This document shows positions 1 to 8,907 of a stretch of DNA of 32,537 nucleotides, in pieces. Each line of letters opens with the position of its first letter. Within the stretch, counting starts at the first letter, position 1. This DNA is from Vannella sp. Taxonomy: Eukaryota. Made by a program: the position numbers and the translations under genes. Below the pieces are notes generated by a model. That model saw only the letters and a program-made list of their open reading frames with translations, did no database searches and was not told the DNA's origin. The DNA lies in the NCBI GenBank assembly GCA_023345925.1, contig JAJQQN010001441.1:1-32537 (forward strand). Reading direction: 5' to 3'.

Positions 1-126
1 ACGAACGATTGGAGTGCTGGGACCAAACGACTTTGGCGCATGTCGTTCGCGAGCATTGGGGAGAGCGTAGTGTCCTGGGGCCTTAACAAGAACGCCCCCA
101 AGAAGAGGACAGCCTGTGGCCGTTAA
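1..126 (+). CDS. Possible 3' end of an upstream gene, truncated by the window edge
   Basis: Frame 1 is open from base 1 to TAA at 124-126 (TNDWSAGTKRLWRMSF...KKRTACGR*). No recognisable motif; supported only by the open frame and local gene density. Confidence 0.25.
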   Translation, partial: TNDWSAGTKRLWRMSFASIGESVVSWGLNKNAPKKRTACGR

Positions 127-190
127 CGTGGAGTTCATTCAACCACTACCCAGTCCACTCTCCGCCAAAGCACTTTCTCCTGGCCACGAC

Positions 191-1294
191 ATGACCCCAA
201 CCTGGTGTCTCCTTTGCCTGACTCTGTTTGCCCTCTCTGTTAATGCGGTGAACCTCTATCAGGCATGTGGAACCGCTCAATCAGGTTTTACACACCAGAA
301 AGACGCGGGCGGTCTTGCATTGAAGTATGGCGAGGCTCCCTACTCCTGGAAGTTGGACGAAAACCAAACTGTTCTCTTTAATGTGTGCTCTAACTCGAAG
401 GCATGCGATGGAGCAATGGTCTGCTTGTTCTCAAACGGAAACGTTGTCCCTTTCCTCTACTCTGAGTCCCTCTATGGCTACGACTCGATCGATAACGGAG
501 CAGACTCTCTCTCGATAGCATATCGAGCCTACAGTCCCACAGGTTCCCGCTACTTCAACTTACGCATATCCTGCGGCTCCAGCTTCTTTGCAGTGACTGA
601 CGGAGACTACAAGGGGTCAGGCAACAAGGAGATTGATATCGAAGCAACCAGCTCGCTTGTCTGCACAGACTATCAAATCCCAATGCAGTCTCCTCCCCAG
701 CACAAGTTCCTCTCTGCCGAGCTGTTCATGACCGGGCAGCTAACCATGTTCGGATATGACTTCTTGAGTCTCTACGGGGCCAGCTCTTTCACAGGAATGG
801 TGTATTGGAGCAGTGGTGTTGGATTCAAGATCAACGGAACCATGTTTAACAAGGAAGGAATGGAAAGTCAAGTTGCTTTCCTCGCCCAACAGCTCCCTCA
901 AGGAGATGTTAATCTCATTTCTTTCGTGCAATTGAGAGCTGGCTCCCCAAGCGCATGTGTGGTGATGCCAATGGATGGGGAAAATGCCTATTTTGATTGG
1001 TTTGGTTCAGATGTGAACGAGTATCAAGTCATCCCCCGAAACTACACGAGCATCCACTTCAATCAGCCAAGTACCTTTGCTATTCAACAATGGAGCTCCT
1101 ACGAATTCATCACCTTGATGATTGAGCCTCAATCTCAAATGCCAGTGTTCTTGGGAAGCCAATTTTTGGCCCCTTTCGAAAGCCTCCAAGACAAACAACC
1201 CTTCATTTCGGAGTTGAATTGGAAAACCGCTTCCGTTCTTCCCATTGATCCAAGCACCTTTGACATTCCACCAGCTTGGGGATGCTCCTCCTAA
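191..1294 (+). CDS. Secreted/lysosomal protein with an MRH (mannose-6-phosphate receptor homology)-like N-domain and an ependymin-related-like C-domain
   Basis: ATG at 191 is followed by a signal-peptide-like segment (MTPTWCLLCLTLFALSVNA). Cys pattern C...LFNVC-x5-C-x5-C...L-x-I-x-Y...R-x-F-x-L-x-I-x-C...TSSLVC resembles MRH domains. The C-terminus DPSTFDIPPAWGC resembles ependymin-family ends. Intronless. Confidence 0.6.
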   Translation: MTPTWCLLCLTLFALSVNAVNLYQACGTAQSGFTHQKDAGGLALKYGEAPYSWKLDENQTVLFNVCSNSKACDGAMVCLFSNGNVVPFLYSESLYGYDSIDNGADSLSIAYRAYSPTGSRYFNLRISCGSSFFAVTDGDYKGSGNKEIDIEATSSLVCTDYQIPMQSPPQHKFLSAELFMTGQLTMFGYDFLSLYGASSFTGMVYWSSGVGFKINGTMFNKEGMESQVAFLAQQLPQGDVNLISFVQLRAGSPSACVVMPMDGENAYFDWFGSDVNEYQVIPRNYTSIHFNQPSTFAIQQWSSYEFITLMIEPQSQMPVFLGSQFLAPFESLQDKQPFISELNWKTASVLPIDPSTFDIPPAWGCSS

Positions 1295-1411
1295 TCTAAT
1301 GTTCACCAAAACTGAAGAGAATAAAGGACTGCCTCCTTCCAGCATGTCAAAAGAGCTTTGGGATGGTTTTTGTGGTAAGTAAGGAAGGGTCTTACTCCTT
1401 CTAGGGAATGG

Positions 1412-2341
1412 TTAAGGTAAGTTGGGTCCTTCTAGAGAGTAGTTAAGTGGTTGTTCGAGTCCGCAGAATTGACATTCCTCGACTTGTTCCCCATTGTAAA
1501 CGGTTTGGCCAAGAGTGAATCCACCACAAGAAGAGCAAGATTTCTGTCCCTCTTTGGGATGCTTAACAACGTAGGTGCAATGGCAGGAGTGGCATTCAAA
1601 CTGGTGGAAAGAGCAGGTATTCATCTCCAACTCTTTCTGCTCCTGCTTGTCCAACATGGAGAGCGGGACTTGATAGGTCACCGTAAAGTTACGACGTTTG
1701 CATTCCCTGCACGGACCCAAGTTATAAACAGTCACTCCAACGTACAGAACTGTGGAAGGGATGGCGATGATGGCAAAGTACACAAAAGCTCTCTGGAGCA
1801 GTCTCACAGTCGCCTTTCGAAGTGCCTTAAAGCTGACAAAGAGCCAATTCCAGCGGTCCGATGGGTTAGACACAATGTCTGTCTCACTTAGAGCTCGAGA
1901 ATCTTGCGGAGGAGCGTTCTCAAGAGAAGAGGTTGAACGAGGGGGCGGGGCTTCCTTGTCCTTGATTCGATCGGAAAGGGAGGTGCTCTGATGTTGCTTC
2001 TCTGTCAAGACCTCGAGAAGGAGGAAGCGGATGTCGCTCTCGTCTGACGGTGTCCGCCTCTTATTCCCCTTCAAAGTTTCTTTTGCCATCTCCAAAGGCA
2101 TCAAGAAGCAGGCGTCATCGACAGAGAGTGTGCCTGAGCGGAGGTTAACCGAGAGTTTCTTCATCAGCGCTTCTCTTCTCTCTTCTGGCTCCCCCACCAC
2201 GTCTGGATGGCGATACGAGAGCATACTGATATCATCCTCTGTCAACTCACGGAACGAGAACATCCTTCCTTCGTAGTAAGGCCTCGAGAGCAAGACTATC
2301 CTTCGGACACACGAAACCCTTCCCACCCCAACCCTCAGCAT
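1412..2341 (-). CDS. Single-TM protein with C-terminal repeated CxxC zinc ribbons, possibly mitochondrial
   Basis: ATG at 2341. Arg-rich N-terminus without acidic residues (MLRVGVGRVSCVRRIVLLSR), hydrophobic stretch AFVYFAIIAIPSTVLYVGVTVY, then CRECK, CHSCH, CSSCG and CQFCG. Confidence 0.6.
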   Translation of the reverse strand: MLRVGVGRVSCVRRIVLLSRPYYEGRMFSFRELTEDDISMLSYRHPDVVGEPEERREALMKKLSVNLRSGTLSVDDACFLMPLEMAKETLKGNKRRTPSDESDIRFLLLEVLTEKQHQSTSLSDRIKDKEAPPPRSTSSLENAPPQDSRALSETDIVSNPSDRWNWLFVSFKALRKATVRLLQRAFVYFAIIAIPSTVLYVGVTVYNLGPCRECKRRNFTVTYQVPLSMLDKQEQKELEMNTCSFHQFECHSCHCTYVVKHPKEGQKSCSSCGGFTLGQTVYNGEQVEECQFCGLEQPLNYSLEGPNLP

Positions 2342-2747
2342 TGCTGAAATGACTTCCAAACCCTTTGATAAGACCTCCTACACTTTTCATTGCAACAAGG
2401 ATGACGCAAATTTGAAGCCTGGGACTTTGAGAGTTCACGCCCCACCAAAGAGAGAATTCGCCAGTTGAAGGGCTCACGGGAAGCAAGGAGGTACGAAGCT
2501 GTGTTTGTTGCATGGTGAGTTGGTTGATATGAAATGTTGACAAAGAAGGTCATCGTGTTGGAAAGGTGAGATATTTTCCAGATATTTATGCCCCTCTTTG
2601 CCCATTGGCCCATTGCTCGAATTTACCATTTTTTTCATGGCCAGCCGTCTTCCCCACACCGTAAGAGTCCCTCCTCTCGACTAAAACCCCGAGTGATCTT
2701 ACGATTACTCTGCAGCTGGTCGAGATATGATTGAGGATGGGTTCTCT

Positions 2748-2928
2748 TGCATTGCCCCTTCTCCCCACCGAAGCACGCCTTCGCGTTGCTGCATTGCCCC
2801 CTGTCCCCACCGAAGCACGCTTTCGCTCTGCCGTGATGCGGATCAGATGCCTTCGCAATCGAGCGAGAGCGAAAGTGTGCTTCGGTGGGGACAAGGGGCA
2901 ATGCAGCAACGCGAAGGCGTGCTTCGGT
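2748..2928. repeat. 42-bp tandem repeat embedded in a 63-bp-arm inverted repeat (foldback)
   Basis: Tandem units start at 2748 and 2790 (tgcattgcccc...accgaagcacgc). Arm 2767-2829 is the reverse complement of 2866-2928 with 2 mismatches; the loop is 36 nt. Confidence 0.95.
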
Positions 2929-3113
2929 TTCCTATTGAACGTTGATAGGAAAAAAGGTGGGGGATTGACCCGATCCGAGCTGGTGAGCCAATCAGATGCG
3001 CGCTTTCAGTGGACTCGATTTCGGCTGATTCCCCTCTTTGGTGGGAACGGGAGAATTCAAATCACTATTGAATACTGTTGGACACGGTTTCTTTCTTTGT
3101 TCCGTTCATTCGG

Positions 3114-5974
3114 ATGGAAGCGGGAGGAAAGGGCGTCTGGGAGGACGTTGTGGCTTTGGTCTCCCTCGATGTGGGTGGCCAGGAACGTATGAAAGAGGTT
3201 CTTTTGTCGCTTACGGACCCGAACGCCAAGCCACCTGCTATGCCCTTCTCTTCGGGAGCTTCCAGTATGGGCCAGTTCCGTTTCCCTCGCTCTGCTTTGC
3301 TGGATATGCCACGCTCACCCGTTAAGCATGTGCAGATAGATCAAACACTATCCCCTCTGCAAGTAGTCACCTCCAAGGAGTCCAAGTTCCAGTCTTCTGC
3401 CCCATCTTCCATCGCAGTTCCTGTTCCTTCAAGCACTGAACCGTCCACCGCTCATAGAGAAGCGCAAACCAAACTTCTCTCTACCCTTACTGAGGAGGAA
3501 CAGAAAGGCAACAGGGCAAAAGGAGAAGAAGACCTCTTCAAGGCTTTCCCAAGCCCCTCTTCTGCCCTTTCTGCCTCAGAACCGATTCCTTTCGGAGATG
3601 AGGAGCCTTTCGAAGAGTCTTTCCCTCCCATGGAACAGGGATTCGGTTCTTTTGAACCCAGTTTTGCAGAAAAGGCGCCAACTGCAAGTGACTTTGACTT
3701 TGCGAGCGCTTTCGTCTCAAATTCTAGTGAACCCGCTTTCTTTGCTGATTTTACTGGATCAGTGACCACACCAACCTTTGAAGCCTCCTTTGCAGAAATT
3801 GGGGAGCCAACTTATGGAGGTTCTTCACTCAGTGACGAAGAGCCATCCTATGGTGGCTCTTCGTTCAGTGATGAGGAGCCATCCTATGGTGGTTCTTCAT
3901 TCAGCGACGAGGAAGATGATAGTTATGGGCACGGGTACAATCGCACCTTCGGTCAGGAGGACAACGAGGAAGGCTTCGACGGTTTTGGGGAGTATTCCTG
4001 GTCCGGCTCGTCACTGGAGGATTCCCTGAAAGAGGAGAGCAGTGATGAGACTGCGTGCCAATTCCTATTGCGATCAATCGAAGAAGGAGACTCTGCTTTG
4101 GAAGCCATCCAATCATCATTATACCTCAATAGAACAAAGCAGCTCATCTCAATGGCCAGAAAGGAGAAGTCCAATCACTCTGCCATTCATCTGGCACTTT
4201 TGGCTGGGTCCGTTTCGTGGCTCTCTTTCGCTCTTGAGAACGTAATTTCCCTCTCCCCTGCAACCAGCCTCAGTCCTCACCCAATGCCCAGGGATGCAAG
4301 GAATCCGCTGATACCGACCAAAACACGGGTCTCCACATTGCTGCAGCCATGGGGAACCGAAAAGCCATTCAGCTTCTCCTCTCTGGCGGGCATCTGATTG
4401 ATGCCAGAAATGTGAATAGCCGGAGCCCCTTGCACATGGTAGGATCCCTTACCTTTATTCCATTGCCCTTACTGAATCCATCCCAGGCGGTCATTAATGG
4501 GCATTCAGACTGTGTGTCCCTCTTAATGGCTTCTGGTGCGGATGTTCTGCTTGGGGATAAGGACGGCCTAGCTCCCATTCATTTGGCCTGTCTTCGGCCT
4601 TCCCTCTCGATTGCAGACCTTCTTCTTGAGGAGGAGCCACGTTGTTTAACAGTTCAAGACTACCAAGGCCGCACCGCCATTCATGCAGCAAGTCACATTG
4701 CTAATTTGCCTTTGTGCGAATTCCTCCTCAAAAAAGGGGCGGACGTTAACGCCAGAGACTTTAAGAACCGCACGCCTCTCCTGTGGTGCCTAATGCAGTC
4801 CAACATCGGCCGCCTTTTAACAGAATCCACCATCAAGAACTGTGCCCAAGCTCTCATCGAGAAGCACCAAGCTCAAGTTACTCTTTGCGACGACAAGTTA
4901 CGGAATTGCTTCCATTATGCAGCATACTACGGTCTCTTCCAAGTGTTTGAGTTCCTTGAGGGACTGGAGCAACTCTCTCTCACAGCAGTCGATGCCAACG
5001 GACAATCCGTCTTGTTCCCTCTTGTTGCAGGGTTAAGTAACGACTTTGCGTGTGAAGAGACAGTGAACTCCATTCTCACTCAATCCGTCGACCCTTTTTC
5101 AGCGCGCCCACGGACTCTCCTGCCCATCCACGTTGCCATTGCTCGTGGCAAATTGGCCACAGCAACAGCGTTGTTCGATTGCATGGTCCAACAGAACGAG
5201 AAACAATGCGAACGGGTTCGGAACAAACAAAAGGCCTCGCTCCTGCAGTTGTGCGCCAACACTGAAATGCACTCTTTGGGCCTTCGGATCATGGAAAGGC
5301 AGCCTTCTCTTGTCACTCATTTGGACCGCCAAGGCAACACTCTTCTCCATTCCATCGCTAAAGGAGGCTCCCTTGAGCTTCTTGAAGGACTGCTGCACGC
5401 TGAAGGGAAAGAAAAGGTGTTGGCACAGCTTTCTCACACAAACAGGCGGGGCCAAACTCCCTGGCACCTCGCCTCCGGCCTGGACCGAATGGAGATAGTC
5501 CAAGAGTTTGTTCGGCTTCTGGGAGCGCACCCAGAGGCCCTCCAACAGGCGCTTTGTTGCCACGATACTGTGGGAATCACACCAGTCCACTATGCGGCGT
5601 TAAGAGGGAGCTACTTTGTGCTGGAATACTTCCTTTCTCTCTCCCCTTCCGTTGCTGGCCTTTTGACAAAGCGCCAGCAGACTCTCCTTCATGCTGCTGC
5701 CTCTGGCAGTGCAGATGCCCGCTGCATTCGTCTGCTCATCCAGAGTGGGGCCAATGTGGATGGCCTGGACGCCAGCGGGAGGTCGGCCTTGTTCTACACC
5801 CTCCGATCCGGAGGTCATTCCAAACTCTCCGCTTTGCATCTCTTGATCACAGAGTGTGGTGCGAACACTAACTTGGTCACTCACGGAGGACTTTCCTTTG
5901 CCATGGCCGTGGCAGAGACGGAAGAGTGCGAGTCCATCCTCAAGCTTTTGGAGGAAACGGAGGAGCAGGAGTAG
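3114..5974 (+). CDS. Ankyrin-repeat protein with acidic disordered N-terminus (about 920 aa, 2 introns)
   Basis: Introns 4242-4291 and 4439-4486 join the ORFs and restore ANK motifs (DQNTGLHIAAAMG, SPLHMAVINGH, GRTAIHAAS, GNTLLHSIA, GQTPWHLA, GITPVHYAA). Spliced length is a multiple of 3. Confidence 0.9.
3804..3911 (+). repeat. Coding tandem repeat, 3 x 36 bp (EP[TS]YGGSS[LF]SDE)
   Basis: Three units start at 3804, 3840 and 3876 with mostly synonymous differences. Confidence 0.9.
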
Positions 5975-6000
5975 GATAAAGCCTGTATTTCGCACTTGAT

Positions 6001-6396
6001 TCACTTCTTCTTTCGGCTGTCAACAGGCTTCTGGAGGGCGCGCAGCGTGCACGTCACCGCGAAGAGAACTGAGAATAAGCTGTGAGCTGCCAGGGCTACG
6101 CCAACAGATGCTGCGTCCGAGGCGTTGCCTTGGTACAGCTGATAACCCAATAGGCCTGATACTGTTGCATGGTAGAATAGAGCGCTTCCCAAGACCGATA
6201 AAGAAGGAGTGGCGAAGAACCCAGTGAGCCCGAGAGCCGTGATGGCGGCTCCAAACATCCTTCCGACATCCTGCGTCTCTGGACCAAGGCCGCTCATGAA
6301 CGGAAATACCTGTGTTATTGCCCCCATCATAACAGCGCCCGCAACCACCTCTGCAACACCGTGAGCTTTCATCAACAGGACTTCAAGCCGGCTCAT
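6001..6396 (-). CDS. Small multi-pass (about 4 TM) membrane protein of unknown function
   Basis: 131 aa from ATG 6396 (MSRLEVLLMKAHG...); an alternative ATG at 6480 lies in AT-rich spacer. Four hydrophobic segments and a C-terminal RKKK, a possible ER-retrieval signal. Confidence 0.65.
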   Translation of the reverse strand: MSRLEVLLMKAHGVAEVVAGAVMMGAITQVFPFMSGLGPETQDVGRMFGAAITALGLTGFFATPSLSVLGSALFYHATVSGLLGYQLYQGNASDAASVGVALAAHSLFSVLFAVTCTLRALQKPVDSRKKK

Positions 6397-6491
6397 TCCC
6401 AAGCTCAAGAAGAAATGCCGAAATGGGTCAAATTCAATATTTATAATCAAATATACATATTTTGATAGTGTTGCATCCATATTTGGAAGAA

Positions 6492-6630
6492 GAGAGCCGC
6501 AATGGCGGCTTCAAACCTCCTTCCCCATTCTGCGTCTCCAGACCAAAGCGCTCATGAACGGGAATACCTGCGTAACCGTCCCATCATAGCAACACCCGCG
6601 ACCTCAGCAACACGGTAGCAGGACTTCAAG
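6492..6630 (-). pseudogene. Decayed partial tandem duplicate of the adjacent small membrane gene
   Basis: 6492-6630 aligns colinearly with 6232-6387 (gagagccg...atggcggct...ctgcgtct...cgctcatgaacgg.aatacctg...cccatcata...caggacttcaag) with substitutions and small deletions. Confidence 0.85.
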
Positions 6631-6747
6631 GCTTGAGGAGCCTCCTTCAAGCTGTCTCCTGGACATGAAGAAGCAAAAAAAATGCCAAACGGCCGGTATT
6701 CTTAATAATATGAACGGAGTCATTTGGTGGTGTCGGATTGGTTCAGC

Positions 6748-8855
6748 ATGTCCGCCGCTGACCTCAAACGCGACCAGAGGAAGAAGGAGTTGGAGGAGAA
6801 GCGCGCTCGCTTGACTGCTTTGCGGGCGGATAAGAAAGCGAACAATAGCGAAGCTCGGGTGAGGGCTCCTTTAGCTATTCGAAGTGTTTACAGAAGACCT
6901 GACTGGTGTTCCAGGCCCCTGTCGAGGATCCTTTGAGAAAGCAGAAGGCTGATGAACTCAACCTTGTGAAAGGAGCAAGCAACGTTGAAGATCTGCTAAG
7001 CGCCTTAGAACTACCTCCTCCTGTGGAGACAACTGCTTCCCAGCCGCCTGTGGCAACTACAAGGTGAGCCCATCCCCTTTGAACGCCTTCCTGAATCTCA
7101 CCTTGGACAGCACTTCATCAGAGCGCATTGCTCCTCCCTTAACCCTTCAACAACGGCTTGCCGAGTTCGATCTGCCTCCTCGCATCATTCCAACATACGA
7201 GAAGGCCACGCAAACCGTTTCTGCCACCACAGAAGACGAAGAAGATGAGCTGAGCTATCCAGACATCGGAACATTGCCTGAAGTGGAGGCGCCTCTCGCA
7301 CGACAACCCGCTTTAGCCTTCGAAGAGACTCCAGACCAGCGCCACGTCCAGTCAGAAGAGTTGAGTGAAGTCGACATCCAGAGAATGCTTTACTCTCAGG
7401 ACCTGGCTTCGTTCCTTGATGATGCTACACGCGTCACTGAGAGGGCTCTCCTCATTGGGAGCAAATACGACATCCTCGCCAACTACAAAGGGGAGAAGGG
7501 AGACACCAACGAGGGCACTGCAGACTCACTGCACTTACTTAACACCTTTAAGGACGAGCGCTGGACAAAGAACAGAGCTGTTACTTCGATCAGCTGGTCC
7601 CCCAAGTTCTCAGAGCTCTTCCTGGCCTCCTACTCCGAGAACTCGTCCTCTGCACAAGAGTCTGACGGTGTAGTCCTCGTTTGGACAGCAGAGAACCTCT
7701 TAGAGCGCCCTGAGTTCGTATTCAACTGCCAATCACCCGTTCTGACAGCGCAGTTCTCCAAGTTCCAGCCCAACATCATCGTGGGCGGCACTTACTCGGG
7801 GCAGATTGTCCTCTGGGACACCCGAGCCAAGTCCACACCTGTTCAGAAGTCTCCTCTGTCTAGTGTGGGACACACGCACCCGGTCTATTGCCTGGATGTG
7901 GTGGGAACTCAGAATGCTCACAACTTGGTGTCCGTCTCAACAGACGGCACCCTTTGCGCCTGGTCTCTCTCGAACCTATCACAGCCTATTGTACGTTCCA
8001 ACACTCCTCTTCGCTTCAAATGTTCTCATTCTCGCTTCAGGAGCAGCTCCGTTTGGAGACTCCCCCGATGGATGGGCGAGCAGCCAAGTATTCGAGTCCT
8101 GCTGCCACTTGCCTCTCTCTGGAAGAAGGGCAGGTCAATCAGTTCTACATTGGAACAGAAGAGGGTGCCGTTTACCACGGAAGTCGACATGGAAGGTGAG
8201 GGGGACCACTGGTGGGACCGCCAATGTGGTTCTCACCTCCTTTTAGCACACGTGGGTTGAGCGAGCGATTCCGTAGAGCACCTGCAGAGCGTAGAGATGT
8301 ATCGCAGAACACGACTGCAGCAGCTGACACGTCATTTATGGGGCACTGTGCACCAGTCACTGGAATGGACTTCCATTCTGCAGAGGGCGGCGTTGATCTC
8401 TCTTCCTACTTTATCACTTCCTCTCTTGACTGGAGCGTGAAGCTGTGGAACAAAAGGGTCACAGAGAGACCATTGCGGACCTTCCAATGTGGAAGCTCGT
8501 GCGTGTATGACGCAAAATGGTCTCCTTCTCATCCTGGCATCTTCGCCAGCGCAGGAGGAGACGGCATCCTGAACATTTGGAACTTGGGGGCTGACACTGA
8601 AGTTCCCATCCTCCAGGAGAAGATCTCACAACACTCCCTGAACAAGCTGTCCTGGTCTAGTGATTCCCATCGCGTCCTGGTGGGAGATGCCACTGGAGCC
8701 GTCTTCCTCTATGATGTCGGAGAGGTAAGTCACCTTCTTGACCAGCGCTCCCACTCACACCACAATCAAAGCTCTGCACTCCTGACAAAGAAGAATGGGA
8801 ACGCGTGGACGAAGCGCTGCTGTCCTTGCCGAAACCAATGAGCGCCTCTGAGTAG
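6748..8855 (+). CDS. DYNC1I: Cytoplasmic dynein 1 intermediate chain (WD40; about 618 aa, 5 introns)
   Basis: N-terminal coiled coil RKKELEEKRARLTALR; motifs TYEKATQT, WSPKFSELFLASY, GGTYSGQIVLWD, HTHPVY, SSLDWSVKLW, WSPSHPGIFAS. Introns at 6859-6914, 7064-7110, 7991-8040, 8196-8246 and 8725-8771; stop TAG at 8853-8855. Confidence 0.93.
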
Positions 8856-8907
8856 CCAAACAAACTTTTAAATTTTTCCAAGAAAACGCAAATTGTCTTA
8901 TTTTTTC

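Noticed and set aside
2342..2747. Possible RNA gene in the intergenic gap
   Set aside because: No tRNA, snRNA or convincing snoRNA box pattern was recognisable by eye; an Infernal/Rfam scan would be needed.
2748..2928. CRISPR-like array
   Set aside because: Units are contiguous or inverted with no unique spacers, there are no cas genes, and the context is eukaryotic.
2586..3192. ORFs spanning the foldback (107, 88, 72 and 153 aa)
   Set aside because: They arise from the GC-rich 42-bp in-frame repeat, mostly use non-ATG starts and show no protein-like motifs.
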